Shown here in pieces: positions 49,390 to 62,845 of a stretch of 64,000 nucleotides of DNA. Source of the stretch: Octopus vulgaris. Lineage: Eukaryota. The notes below the pieces were generated by a model. That model worked only from the letters and a program-made list of their open reading frames with translations, was not told the origin of the DNA and searched no databases. Made by a program: the position numbers and the translations under genes. The DNA lies in the NCBI GenBank assembly GCA_951406725.2, contig OX597834.1, positions 39,556,001 through 39,620,000 on the forward strand. Reading direction: 5' to 3'. How positions within the stretch are numbered: position 1 is the stretch's first letter; every line of letters begins with the position of its first letter.

Positions 49390-52377
49390 ACCTCCAGTGC
49401 CAAAACAGCCTGAATGTTTAGTCACCCAAGCCAAATCATCAGCAGCCAAACAGCTGTGCCCAGTTGTCTCCTTCCACACAACTTACATACCAATCCACAT
49501 ATCATACTTAATGCAAATACACCACAGAAAGTTGCACTAATTGCAGTATTTGTCCTGAGATAGCATCTTTTATACACATACAATATTAAAAAACACAGTT
49601 ATATATAAGTAGCAGACAAAAATCAACCAGCAGTCATGATGGTATTGCACAATCTGCATTTGTCTCTTTAGGCACCATCAGTAGCAAGTACCCAAGTGTA
49701 TACTTGGGCAATTCTCATCTGCAACTAATATATCAGATGAAAATCGCCATCTGATACATATATATATATATATATATATTTGCGGTAGGGATGGCACTCC
49801 AGTAAAACTGTTAGTACACCAGAGAAAATCTTTAGCAGCTGTTTGTCCGTCTTCATGTTCTGAGTTCAAATTCTGCTGAGGTTGATTAACTTTGACTTTC
49901 CTCCTTTTGGGGGGTCAATAAAATTATTACCAGTTGAGCACGGGGGGGGGGGGGGTCGATGTAATGGACTTAACCGCACCCCTAAAATTGCTGGGCCTTG
50001 AACCAAAATTTAAAACCAATATATATTTCTGGATGATTTTACGACACTGTACTTCTATAAAAGTTATTATCTCAGGTCGAATTCTGCAATTAATTCAACG
50101 TTCAATGATGTAATTTGCTTTACATATGATGTACATTTTGCCATTTTGAAATAATACTGCTTCTGCTGTACAAAACCAACACACACACACACACACACTC
50201 TCACACGCATATGTATGTATATGTATTTTGTTATAATATGAAAATTCTTTCTACTACGCATAATAAGCCCAACATGCCAAAGTGTGGAGAATACAAAAAG
50301 CAAGACACGATGTGGTTGTCATCTCTGGTAATTCTATCCTCTTTAGTGAAATTGCTCAACGACATTTATTTCCTTTTAAGTGGGCATTCCATACCAAAGC
50401 ATTCAACAACAACAACAACAACGACAACAACGACAATGAATGTATGAAATGTGTAGTTCACACGTCTCTCTCTTTTTTTTGTTTCGTTTTTTTTATCCCT
50501 TCGTAGTCTTTGCTAACTTAAAACAAGCAAATAATAATAGCGATAATAATATTAATAATAATAATAATAATAGCATAATAGCAGTGATATCGAAATAAAT
50601 ATACAAGACAACAATGATAACTAAATTATAACATACCAACAAAAAAGAACAAACATGACTAAAAGCAAGACCACAAAAGCCGCATTTCATTCGCCCTCCA
50701 TAGACAACAAATACTTAGACTAACGAAAGCTCTAAATGCAGACGACAACAAATGGATGGAACAGAGTCTGTGTTGTTGTTTTTTATATTTATCTTTTACT
50801 TGATTTGGTCGTTTGACTGCAGCCATGTTGAAGCATGATCTTGAAGAAATGTTTTAGACAACGAATCAACCCCAGTATTTTTTTTTTTTTTTAATTTATT
50901 CTATCAGCATCTTTGTCTCTTTTATCGAACCATTAAGTTACTTTCGGGGATGTAAACAAACCAACACTGCTTGTCAAACACAGACACAAAGGCACACACA
51001 CAAGTGTGTGTGTATTTGTCCATATATATATATACACACACACAAGCTTCTTTCAGTTTCCATTTACCAAATCCACTCATAAGGCTTTGGTCAGTCTGGG
51101 GCCATAGAAGAAGAAACATGCCTACACACAGCCCAGACCAGGAATTGAACACACAACCTCAACCACTGAGCCATGCACCTTCATATATCTATATATATCT
51201 ATATATAAGTGTGTGTGTCTTCGTACTATGTTTGTTTCCCCTAACCATCATTTGACAACTGGTGCTAGTTTGCTTACATCCTCATAACTTAGCAGTTCAA
51301 CAAGGAGATATCAATAGAATGAGTTCCAGACTTAAAAATAAGTAGTAGGAGTCAATTTGTTTAACTAAAACCGCCTCAAGACAATGCTCCAGCATGGTCG
51401 CAGTCCAATGACTGAAACCAGCAAAAGATAAAAAAAAAGGTTCTATACAAGAAAAAAAAAACACAAAAACATTTTCTGTATTTGCACTAACATCTCTTCA
51501 CTATGTTAAAATACTTAATAATGGTTAAAACACAATATTCTTTGATATGAAAACTAAGCCAAGATTTGAACCCGCAATTACAAATTAAAATTAATCGCTA
51601 AGGACTGAATTGTAATGAGAAAGATCTTTAACAGCAACTTAAATCCCGTTTTAATCTTCTTTATATAACGACCCGCTTGAAGCTGTCCTTTGTTCTGTGA
51701 CACAAATTTCTGGTTTTAACTGTTTAGCATACAAATTACTCGTATCTGATGTAATGCTTATTTATTCCCATTGTTTTGAATTAATTAGCTGTAATCTCAT
51801 AGCTTCGTGATTTCGATGATGAGATAACTTATTTTTGTAATAACATTGTAAAGAATGTGCGTGTGCCTCAATGTGGTTGGTTTGAACATAGAATAAAGCA
51901 GAATATTTTGGCTGGATACGACTGGTTTGAATGTTGAAGAACTCAACTGATCTAATTTAAAAACCTTCCATCAAAATTTCTTGCTCATTTGTTCTCAACA
52001 CTGGTTTAATAATCACAAGGTTATTTTGCTAAAATTTTTTAAATATTTTTAAGAAAATAATTGGAACCAAGGTAGTGTAATTTAGGATTAATGGAAATGA
52101 AACAGCCATTGTATTTCTAGAATCATCTGTGTCAATAAATTCAACACAGGCATTTTGATTGTAGTTATTACTAATTTCGTTTATGCAAATCTAATTATGA
52201 ATGTCATTTTAAATATTAAAAACAGAGGAAAGACAGCCACAATCAGTGCCTGTGTCAAATAATCACGAAGATGACTCTACCAAAACAAAACAATATTTGT
52301 TTCAAGAGAGGATCTCTGATCTAACTTCTTAACAAATTTGGATATAAAATTCTTTACCAGTGAAATAAACATAGTTC

Positions 52378-52412
<35 letters not shown>

Positions 52413-52540
52413 CAGCCGAAATTGCGAGGATGATCCGGTTCTTGACTGAAGATTAAAGGCTTTGAATGACCCGTCCGTGTTTTTTGTATCGTCTATTTGT
52501 GTTCTTGTCCCATTATCGGTAGGAACTTTTTCAAAAAGTT

Positions 52541-52598
<58 letters not shown>

Positions 52599-52639
52599 GG
52601 TAAGCAACAGGTATTTTTGTATATTTCCACTTTATATTT

Positions 52640-52960
52640 AAAAAATTTTTTTCCTACTTTTTTTAATTGCAAAATCTTTGATCAGATTCTCATTATGACA
52701 CCATGAACACTTTGAAACTATATTTCCAATATATTTTGTTGAATGTTATTTTAGCAAGTTTAAAGTAAGATGGAAAATACTGCTTAATTTTATATGCTTC
52801 CACTTTCTTCATATTTGAAAAGTTTCTCATACTTTTTCTAACTGCAAAGTCTTTGATCCGATCCTCAAAATTAATCATACATAACACGTTTGCTTCTATA
52901 CTCAGTAGAGATAAGGCATCCCGAATATCATTTTAGCAAGTTTAAAGTGATTTCTTTTGT
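52640..52960 (-). pseudogene. hAT transposase C-terminal (dimerisation region) remnant, partly duplicated
   Basis: Minus strand reads FKLAK.../LSLLSIEANVLCMINFEDRIKDFAVRK, resembling the hAT ending KLKLIK...LALLSIE......DF..II..FA..K; a second ENLIKDFAIKK-like copy lies near 52660-52700. Confidence 0.55.
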
Positions 52961-53687
52961 GCCATAAACCATTTACCATTTCTGTGGTACCCTCCCTTTC
53001 TTTGATGTTCTAAGCACATGCTTGTTTTGCTTAATGGTTAATCGTGCTGTCAGTACATCTGTCAAGAATAGGTGAAAAAAATCTTTTGGGAAATTACTTT
53101 GTGATAAAGGCTATTGTTAATGTTATAGCCAGAGGAATATTTGTATTGAATTCAAAACTACGAACCCAGGAATATTACAATAAAAAAAAAAAAAAAAGAT
53201 TAGCTTAAGGTTTTTTTTCCTTTTTTTAATGTCCATTCAAGGAAGAAAGTTTAAGGAGGAAGAGACAACAAATACCAAATACATATTTTACATCCCATAT
53301 ATGTATAACCAACAACCAGCGTTCCCGAGAGAAAGGACATGCAAATTATAAGGACGAAAATAATAAAAAAAAGCTATGTAAAGCCACTTTGCAAAGAGAG
53401 AAAGAAGACAAGCAAGAGAATAAAAAAAAAAACAAAAAAAACTTTAGCTGACGAGACAAACGATTATTTATCATCATCATTATTATTATTATTGTTTCAA
53501 ATTTTGGCAGAAGGCCAGCAATTTTAGGTGGAGAGGGGTTAGCTAATTATATCAGCCCCCAGTACTTGATTGGTACTTTATTTTATTGATCCTGAAAGGA
53601 TGACAGGGGGAAGTTGATCTGAGAGGAGGGAGAAGTGCAGTCATCATCATCATCATCATCATCATTATTATTATTATTATTATTATT

Positions 53688-54340
53688 GAGTGAGAGAGCA
53701 GTCCACACTATCAAAGTAACGATGGGGTACAAATATATGAAGCCCAGTATACCCATCATGACTACCCATCTGATAAAGGCACACCAGACTCATGCATCAC
53801 AACTATATGTGCATGACATGGTAACCTCATATCAAGATAAATATCAAATTAAATTATTATTATTATTATTATTATTATTGAGTGGAGAACAGCCCATGCC
53901 ATCAATCTAACACTGGGGTACAAATATACGAAGCCCAGTATACCCATCATGACTACCAATCTGATAAGAGTACACCAGGCACTTGAGTCAAATTAAATTA
54001 TTATTATCATTACTGAGTAAGAGAGAGAAGCACACACCATAAAAGTGACATTAGGGTAAAATATACAAGGCTCAATGGTACCCCTCATGACTACCCATCT
54101 GATAAGGTTACACCAGGCACATGCATCACAACCAAATGTGCATGACATGGTGATCTCACATCAAGATAAACAGTGAATGACCTTGCAGGTGGGGCCAGTT
54201 TGAATTTTCTTTAGGTTGAGTAGCCCATCCTGTTCAAAAGGTCCCTGAATAAGGTTTAAGGATGATGATCAAAACACCCATATTTCCAGAGAGGAATTAT
54301 TCAAACCCCAAAGAATTCTTCTCAACACATGGTTATTCAT
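53688..54340 (-). mobile_element. Retroposon with a triplicated 3' end and (AAT)n tails
   Basis: gagt.agagag...ggggtacaaatata.gaagcccagtatacccatcatgactacc.atctgataa at ~53688, 53880 and 54015, each preceded by (TTA)n. Confidence 0.6.
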
Positions 54341-54552
54341 CATCATTATTATTATTTTCATTATTATTATTATTATTATTATCATCATCATTGTTATTAT
54401 CATTAATCTCGGAGTGGTTGGCGTTAGGAAGGGCATCCAGCTGTAGAAACTTTGCCAGATCAAGACTGGAGCCTGGTACAGCCATCTGGTTCGCCAGCCC
54501 TCAGTCAAAATCGTCCAACTCATGCTAGCATGGAAAGTGGACGTTGAACAAC

Positions 54553-54595
<43 letters not shown>

Positions 54596-54984
54596 ATTAT
54601 TACCATGGTGATGAGCTGGTGAAATTGCTAGAACACCAGACAAGATGTTTAGCAGTTTACTTATTCTGGCTCCTTACATTCTGATTTCAAATTCCACCAA
54701 GGTCGATGCTGCTGGTCAATCCCTTTCAGGATGGATGAAATAAGCACCGATCAAGAACGGGGGGGGGGGTCGATGTAATGAACTTGCCCCTTCTTTTCAA
54801 AATTGCTAACTTTGTGTCAAAATTAGAAAGAATTATTCTCATTACCATAGTTCTTTTTTTTCTTTTTTTTTTGTGGTTTCCTTTTTTTTTCCTAAGGAGC
54901 AACTAAATAGAAAGTCCTTTTATAACGAAGGAGAACAGATGATTGGGGGATAGGAGTCAATGGGACGAGTAAGCTATGACATAC

Positions 54985-55187
54985 CGCTCTATGACAGTCT
55001 TAATTTGGTCGTCTTTCTCAGCTTGCTGTTTGCGCATTCGTTCCTCACTCTCCTCTAAACGCTGTTGCCAGTCCTGCATCATCTGTTGCGTACCCGATTC
55101 TTGGGTGAACAGCATACGTTCAGCTTCATGAAGACGGGATTGCGCCTCCAGTAACTGCTTCTTCAACGTAGAAACTTCTTTCTCGTA
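54985..55187 (-). CDS. Penultimate coding exon of a RASAL2/DAB2IP/SynGAP-family Ras GTPase-activating protein (C-terminal coiled coil)
   Basis: Translates YEKEVSTLKKQLLEAQSRLHEAERMLFTQESGTQQMMQDWQQRLEESEERMRKQQAEKDDQIKTVIE(R), closely resembling the RASAL2/DAB2IP/SynGAP coiled coil (YEQEI..LKERL...RLE.SEERLRRQQ.EKDSQ.KSII.R, recalled). Acceptor cttacag| at 55188, donor CG|gtatgt at 54984; 203 nt, ends in phase 2. Confidence 0.93.
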
Positions 55188-55249
55188 CTGTAAGTAGAAG
55201 AAATGTTGAGTTTCTCTCAAGTCTAGTAGATAGGAGGGGGGAGGGGGAG

Positions 55250-55354
55250 ACGAATGAACGAGAGAGAGAGAGGGAGAGAGAGAGAGAGAGACAAACGGAA
55301 TAGGCAGGCAGAGAGAATGTGGGACAGATGGACAGAGAGAGAGAGAGAAAGAGG

Positions 55355-55392
<38 letters not shown>

Positions 55393-56030
55393 CAAACAGA
55401 TAGGCAGGCAGAGAGAAAGTGGGACAGATGGACAGAGAGAGAGAAACAGATGGGCAGGCAGAGAGAAAGTGGGACAGATGGAGGGGGAGAGAGAGAGAGA
55501 AAAAGAAACAAATAAGCAGGCAGAGAGAAAATGGGACAGATGGACAGAGAGAGAAACAGATAGGCAGGCAGAGACAAAGTGGGACAGGACAGGCAGAGAG
55601 AGAGACAAACAGAGAAAAAGTGAGATAGGACAGAGATAGAAAGACAAAGAGAAAGAGAGAGAAGGGGATAGAGAATGGCAGACAGACAGACAGAAAATGT
55701 GAGAAAGAGACAGAGACAAAGAGAGAGATGGGTAGAATGAGAGAGAGAAAGACTGACAGAGGAGAGACAGAAAGCAAGAAAGAGACAGACAGTCGGAAAG
55801 AGTGATGAATACAGAGAGAGAGAGAGAGAGAGACAGGCAGAGAGAGAGAGAGAGAGAGAAAGAAAGAAAGAAAGTATGAGATAGAGAGTCTGAAAGAGAC
55901 AGGCTGAGTGAGAGAGAGAAAGACAGAGAAAGGGGAGGGAGGGAGACAAACAGAAAATGAAAGACAAAGAGAGACAAGCAGAGTGAGAGAAAGAGAGAAA
56001 GAGAGATTGACAGAGTGACAGAGAGACAGA
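55250..56030. repeat. GA-rich polypurine tract with internal ~40-80-bp repeats
   Basis: (GA)n plus a recurring ggcaggcagagagaaagtgggacagatgga unit. Confidence 0.92.
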
Positions 56031-56180
56031 CAGCTTCAGCTCTCAGTTTGAAGGAAGTGTGAAAAGGATAAATCTTGATGATGTCTCTGAAGAAAGATGA
56101 GACATTTCAGAGATTAGTCAAGAATGACCTCGAATTGCAAAAAGAATTTTAATGTAACTCCAATTGGCTTTTGTTTTTAA

Positions 56181-56402
56181 CCCTTTCATTACTGTATTTC
56201 TGTTGAGATGCTCTGTGTTTCCTTCAATTAATTTTAAATATAACAAAGAATTTAGTAAAATAACTTAGTTATAATTCAGCCGGTGTTAGCAACATAAATT
56301 GTGACTAAGGTTTGGTGGAAGATTTTAATTCAAAACTTATGAAAATTAGACATTTGTACTACAGAGCCAGAGCTGGTTTCAGCCGGGTTGGTAACGAAAG
56401 GG
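56181..56402. mobile_element. piggyBac-type MITE with TTAA target duplication
   Basis: TTAA-ccctttcattac ... gtaacgaaaggg-TTAA. Confidence 0.85.
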
Positions 56403-56934
56403 TTAATCCCAAAGTAACATAGACATGTCACTTATTAATTTCTTAGCCACAAACTAAAATGCTGATTTGCAGGGGTTGGGTATGTCTGAACCACCCCGGG
56501 AGGTGTGATACAAAGTTAGCCTGGATATGAGATTTCAGTGCAAAAAAAACAAAATTTTAATTAAAAAAATAACAAAGCAATTAGATTAAATATTGCAAAT
56601 TATAATCTTGGGAAACATAATTGATTATTTTTGTTTTTTTTTCGAGATTTAATTCTGTAATACTGAACACATTGCTGATTCTTAACAAAAACAGAAAAAA
56701 CTTATTAATAAAGCAGTGAAAACCAGATACAGATAATGTAAAAGGGAGCTATGGTAGCCCTTTATTGCTAGGCAATAATTACTAGGTACAGACTATGTAA
56801 GGGGAACCTATGGCGGTTTTGTTACAGACTACATAAGAGGGAGCTATGGTAGCCCCTTATTACTGGGCACAAACCATGCTAGAGAAAAATAGCCCTGCAT
56901 TACTAGGCACAGATTATGTAAGAGGGAGCTATGA

Positions 56935-57212
56935 CAGCATTGGTTGCCAAGTGATGGTGGGCGGACAAACACAAACAAAAAGACACACATATATATACGT
57001 ATATAGACATACATACATACGTATATGTGTGTGTATATATATATATATATATGATGGGCTTCTTTCAGTTTTCGTCTACCAAATCTACTCACAAGGCTTT
57101 GGTCAGCTCGCGGCTATAGTTGAAGACACTTGTCCAAGGTGCCACACAGTTGGACTGAACCCAGAACCATGTGATTGGGATGCAAGCTTCTTACCACAGA
57201 GCCATGCCTGTG
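56935..57212 (-). mobile_element. SINE family A, 3'-truncated
   Basis: Reverse-complement match to the family. Confidence 0.8.
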
Positions 57213-58139
57213 CCAGGGAGAGTGAGGTTGATTTCTTCAACTAAAACCCTTCAAAGCCATGCCCCAGCATGGCCACAGTCCAATAACAAAAACACTGCAA
57301 CAGACAAGTAGTTTTCCTGATCCACCAGGACCCAACTTATTTGGTTTTTTCTTTGTTTTCCCTCTCTCCACCCTGCTATTCTGGTTCTGCACCATTCCCT
57401 ATGCCCAATATACCCAATCCTTTTTCCCCCACTGAATGTTATCCCTCTGGAAAAACCAAACCCCTTCCTCATGTGAAGTTCTTCAACACAGTTTTCTACA
57501 CGGATCCATTACGACTGTGAACGAACGTTGCAATACATTTAAAGGAGGAAATGAAGAACAAATTTCAAGAATTATTTCCAAATAATTAAAACGAAGTCAT
57601 ATCAAATCTAACATACTAACGAAGCTGCAAAGATAATTAAAAACACCAGACACATGAATACATTTTAATGTCTTTCTATTTCAGTCAGGCATTTGGTTAA
57701 ATCTGATTTCTTTTTCTTTCCAGAATTACCAAATTTAGCACACACACACACACGCATGATTATTCAATCAACTGTATAAGAGAAAGACAGATGAAAATAT
57801 CAATTAAAATTTTTCTTTTTTTTTTTTCAGTTTCTTTCAGGTGAAATTTCAAAAATTGGTAAAATTCTGATGTTTCTCATAAAATGAATAACGACTAACA
57901 AAAGAATTGAGTGGTAGAAGAGAAAATGAATTTAAGATTCATCGAAATTACGTTTATTCACTGAAATTACAATTTCAGTTCTTAAATTCTTTCAGAAGCC
58001 CTCTCCCCACCCCCACTGGAAAAACCAATATGAGAAAACATTTTCGCGTTAATCAATTTGAATATTTTCTGTGAGATTAAGAGGCTTGCATCCCAACCAT
58101 GTGGTCTTGGGTGTCTTGCTTTGAGAGCTGCTTTTGGTA

Positions 58140-58380
58140 CTCTTTTACTTGTTTCAGTCATTTTAACTGTGGCCATGCTGGTGCACCGCCTTTTAGTCGA
58201 GCAAATCGACTCCAGGACTTATTCTTTGTAAGCCTAGTACTTATTCTATCGGTCTCTTTTGCTGAACTGCTAAGTTACGGGAACGTAAACACACCAGCAT
58301 TGGTTGTTAAGCGATGTTGGGGGGGGACAAACACAGACACACAAACATATACACACACATACACACAAACATATACACAC

Positions 58381-58413
<33 letters not shown>

Positions 58414-58586
58414 CATATATACGATGGGCTTCTTTCAGTTTCCGTCTACCAAATCCACTCACAAGGCTTTGGTCGTCTCGAGGCTATAGTAGAAGACACT
58501 TGCCCAAGGTGCCATGCAGTGGGACTGAACCCGGAACCATGTGGTTCGTAAGCAAGCTACTTAACAAACAGCCACTCCTGCACCTA
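58140..58586 (-). mobile_element. SINE family A, full length
   Basis: Near-identical to 14675-15075. Confidence 0.88.
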
Positions 58587-58914
58587 TAAACAGATGTTGT
58601 TTGACACTGTTGGAATCCTGTTTTGTGACAATACAGGATGGTCATAGCTAGATTGTACTTGATCATAGTTGAATTAGAGCTGAGTTGGAGCCAAACAACA
58701 GCCATCACAATCTAATGTTCTGTTTTTCTTGCTAGCATGGGTTGGGTGGTTTGACAGGAGATGGCCATCTGGAAAGCTGTACCAGGATCCAATTGTCAGC
58801 TTTGGCATATTTTCCACAGCTGGACACCCTTCCTAGTGCTTTTTTATGTGGCACCAGCACAAGTGCTTTATACATGGCACTAGCACAGGTGCCAGCAGAT
58901 TTGCACTCCAACCT

Positions 58915-59850
58915 CATAAAACCCTTCACCATCAACGACTACCTAAATGGATCCATGGGCTGAAGGGTTTGTCACAAGAATATTGCAAACGTGTCATCCA
59001 CCAGGAGTAGTTGAGAAGCACCAACAAATGGTTGATGCAACAATGTGCTGTTACAGCACATACCTCCATGCTACTACTACCTATGTTAATAGAATGTACT
59101 CTTCACTAAACCCTTTTAGGGATCAAATTATTCTGTCAAATGTAAAGCATATTATTTTGGATTAATCATGCATTATTTTATAGCTTCAAGACTTCAGTGA
59201 TGTGACAGTTTATTTTTCATTACAATATTGTAAAGTAGAAGTGAGATGTTGGATAAGGGCAGTTTGACCATAAAAAAAAGCAGAATATTTTAGCTGGATA
59301 TGGCTGGTTTAAATGCTAAACGGTCAAATTATATTTTTTATTTATTCCTATTTCTGTCCCACCATCAATTGTGCCATGTGGGGCCAGCATAGGATGTCAA
59401 AGAATAAAGCCAATGCTTCCTCTGCAGATTGTAAAAGGATGACTAAAAGCCTGTGGTAGGATTTGCACTTTGACCTCATAAAATCCTCACCGGCAATGAC
59501 TACCCAAAACAGATCCGTGGGTTAGATGGTTGTCTCCAGAGTGGCGCAAAGGTGTGATCTGCTGGGAGTAGTAGGGATGCACCAACAAATGGTAGATGCA
59601 GTGATGTGCTGTTACCCCGTATGTCCTGTACTTAGGTTAATAAAATTGTTTGTTAGACCCATCATTTCCTCTGTGCCGTAAAAGAGGACTAAAAGAGGCT
59701 TCTGACCTTGTAAAACCCTCACCACTAACGACTACCCAAAGAGACCCATGGGCGGAAGGGTTGTCACCTGAGTGATGCAAAGATGTCATCAACCGGAAGT
59801 AATAGGGAATCAACCAGCAAATGATGGATGCAGCAGAGCGCTGTTACAGC
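58915..59850 (+). repeat. Three dispersed degenerate ~130-bp repeats; a MITE-like element lies at ~59105-59325 (related to ~51715-51945)
   Basis: taaaaccc.tcacca..aacgactacc.aaa..gatccatggg at ~58917, 59478 and 59712. Confidence 0.6.
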
Positions 59851-59899
59851 GAAGGCCCTCATACTATATTCAGGATATCAATGATAAAATAGATGTATA

Positions 59900-60114
59900 C
59901 TCTTTACTTTCTTTTGCTTGTTTCAGTCATTCGACTGCGGCCATGCTGGAGCACCGCCTTTTAGTCGAGCAAATCGACCCCGAGACTTATTCTTTGTAAG
60001 CCTAGTACTTATTCTAGTAGTCTCTTTTGCCGAACCGCTAAGTGACAGGGACATAAACACACCAGCATTGGTTGTCAAGCAATGCTAGAGGGACAAACAC
60101 AGACACACAAACAT

Positions 60115-60169
<55 letters not shown>

Positions 60170-60537
60170 TACAACAGGCTTCTTTCAGTTTCCGTCTACC
60201 AAATCCACTCACAAGGCATTGGTCGGCCTTGGGCTATAGCAGAAGACACTTGCCCAAGATGCCACGCAGTGGGACTGAACCCGGAACCATGTGGTTGGTT
60301 AGCAAAGCCACTCCTGCGCATAGATGTATACTCTTTACTCACTTTTACTTGTTTCAGTCATTTGACTGTGGCCATACTAGAGCACCGCCTTTTAGTCGAG
60401 CAAATTGACCCCAGGACTTATTCTTTATAAACCTAGTACTTATTCTATCAGTCTCTTTTGCCGAACCGCTAAGTTACGAGGATGTAAACACACCAGCACC
60501 GGTTGTCAAGCGATGTTGTGGGGGACAATCACAGACA
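59900..60537 (-). mobile_element. Two adjacent SINE family A copies (full length plus a 3' half)
   Basis: Reverse-complement match to the family, twice. Confidence 0.85.
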
Positions 60538-60744
60538 GTTTTAATGAGTTTTACGAGGTGCATTACTAATTTCAAAAGTGATGATATATATCTGGAAAAT
60601 TCAATAATCCAGCAACTCTCTGATCCCACCGGTGCCAGAGAGGAGAAAATTTACCATATTTGGAATTAGAATCACTGGTTTTTTTGTGATTCTGTTTCTG
60701 ATTTCTCATTCTTGTTGTTGTTGTTATTGTTATCATTAGTGAAA

Positions 60745-61460
60745 CCATGTTGCTAAGAGGTTAGAGTATTCAGCTCCTGACTGTAAGGTCATGAGTTCAA
60801 TTCCTGGCAGTGTGCCGTGTCCTTGAGCAAGACACTTTACTTCACATTGCCCCAGTCCACTCAGCTGGCAAAAATGGAATTGCACCTGTTCTTCAAAGGG
60901 GCCAGCTGTGTAACACTTTGTGTCATGCTAAATCTCCCTGAGAACTACGTTAAGGGCATGCATGCCTGTGGAGTACTCAGCCACCTGTACGTTTATTCCA
61001 CAAGCAAGCTGTTCTGTTGATCACAATGGAATGCATGTTTTTTTTATTGTTATTGTTATGTAATCAACTGCACAACTACTACTACAACTACTACTACTAC
61101 TACTACAACTTCTACTACTACTACTACTAAAGGGTAAAGATCTCCTTCGGTCATGAATGACCATGGGGTTGCACCTAGAAAGTTCCCCTCTGAGGCACAA
61201 GTCCAGCCAAGGTTGTTTACGAAAGCCCAGCAGCCATCCATGCATACCAGCCTCTCCTCTCCACAAGAAAGGCAAAGAGACCCCGATACAGCTTGGCACC
61301 TGTGACGTCACAACTCATTTCTACAGCTGAGTGAACTGGAGCAACGTGAAATAAAGTGTCTTGCTCAAGAACACAACACACAACCCGGTCTTGGAATCGA
61401 ACTCACTACCTCATGATTGTGAGCTTGATGCTTTAACCATTGAGCCATGCGCCTCCTACA
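60745..61460. mobile_element. Two convergent CORE-like tRNA SINEs (+ at ~60745-61020; - at ~61130-61460 with a (TAG)n tail)
   Basis: B boxes GAGTTCAATTCC and GAGTTCGATTCC, each followed by gtgt.cttgagcaagacacttta.ttcac.ttgc.ccagt.cactcagctg. Confidence 0.75.
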
Positions 61461-62338
61461 CCATCATCAATAAAACTACAGTAATATTCGGTCGAAATCA
61501 TTGTTACGATGGCAGCTGAAATTCCAGCATCCAACATTTGTTTCTTTGCTGAGCTGGTACCACGGGTTTCTTTTGATCTACAATATCACTCCTCTTAAAT
61601 GTTTGCGTTGATTCAATTTTTTAAATTACTTCTTTTTTTTTTAATTTTTAATTTTTGATATTCTTGGAAATTGAAAATGAAAAAAATTTGGTTTTGAAGA
61701 AATTTTGAACTGAAATGAAACTGTGAAATGAATGACAACATTATGGAAACGATGATGATGACGATGGTGAAGAAAATAAAGAAGGAAAGAAAAGATGAAA
61801 AATGAAGAAGTAATCGAAGAAGAAGGAAAGAAAAGATAAAAAATGAAGAAATCAAAGAAGAAGAAAAGAAGAAAAGACAAAAATGAAGAAATAATCAAAG
61901 AAGGAAAGAAAAGATAAAAAATGAAGAAATAATCAAAGAAGGAAAGAAAAGGCATAATGAAGAAATAAACCAAAAGAAGGATAAAATATGAAGAATAAAA
62001 TGAAATATGGAATGAAAATTAATGTTAAAGAAAGAGATAGAAAATTAAAAAAAAAAATTTGTAAGAAAAAAATTTACAATGAAATAAAAGAAAGAGAGAC
62101 AAAGGAAGTGTCTATAAGCTATTTGTATATCTGCTCTATGATAGCAAATGGCTGCTGTTGCAAGCAAGCTAGAGTGAAAGGAAAGGTTGAGTGTGAACAG
62201 AGTGGATATAAATGGTGCTTCATTTGTGACTAGCATCGAAGAACACAGACTACAACACTTTGTCAACAACTACAGACACGCACGAACACACACATGTATA
62301 AATATGCATTTCACACATAATACAAATGGATTTTATAC

Positions 62339-62382
<44 letters not shown>

Positions 62383-62504
62383 AACACTGACTATTACCGA
62401 CTAAGCAAACAAGTTCATCTGTCTCTAACATCAGTTGTACCTTTTATATATATAAAGTATATATATATATGTATATATATATATATACTTTATATATATA
62501 AAAG

Positions 62505-62710
62505 GTACAAAATGTGACCGCGTGTGTACCGCTGGCAATTTTTTTCCCTCCGTCTTCCTTTCTCTGGATCTTTCCTTTTCCTATGTTTCTGATGAAGAGC
62601 TCCGCTTGAAACGTAAAACCCTCCTTCTTCCCTTCCTTCCTGAGCGTCCAATAATACTATATTTGTTCGACATCCTTGCATTGTTGTGTTTTCATGTTTG
62701 GATTAACTTT
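62505..62710 (+). mobile_element. ~200-bp (TA)n-flanked element with a hammerhead motif (Penelope-like remnant)
   Basis: Colinear with 2025-2225. Confidence 0.7.
62585..62619 (+). ncRNA. Minimal type I hammerhead ribozyme motif
   Basis: gttt-CTGATGA-a-gagc(tcc)gctt-GAAA-cg-TA-aaac: helix I gttt/aaac, helix II gagc/gctt, self-complementary ACGT helix III, GUA cleavage triplet (cut after 62615). Confidence 0.7.
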
Positions 62711-62717
62711 ATATATG

Positions 62718-62767
<50 letters not shown>

Positions 62768-62813
62768 AAGTATATATATATATTTTAAGGTATATATATA
62801 TATATATTTAAAG

Positions 62814-62845
<32 letters not shown>

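Noticed and set aside
50690-50760. Possible small exon (tgcatttag|agctttcg...)
   Set aside because: Weak pyrimidine tract and donor; no supporting evidence.
52410-52545. (TA)n-flanked fragment containing CTGAAGA
   Set aside because: No correctly placed GAAA or helices, so not counted as a hammerhead.
54957-55967. 336-aa ORF as a whole
   Set aside because: Only 55187-54985 is a real exon; the N-terminal part is translated (CT)n intron sequence.
58099-58589. Recurrent short ORFs such as DGLLSVSVYQIHSQGFG / HLPKVP.SGTEP
   Set aside because: Translations of non-coding SINE family A copies.
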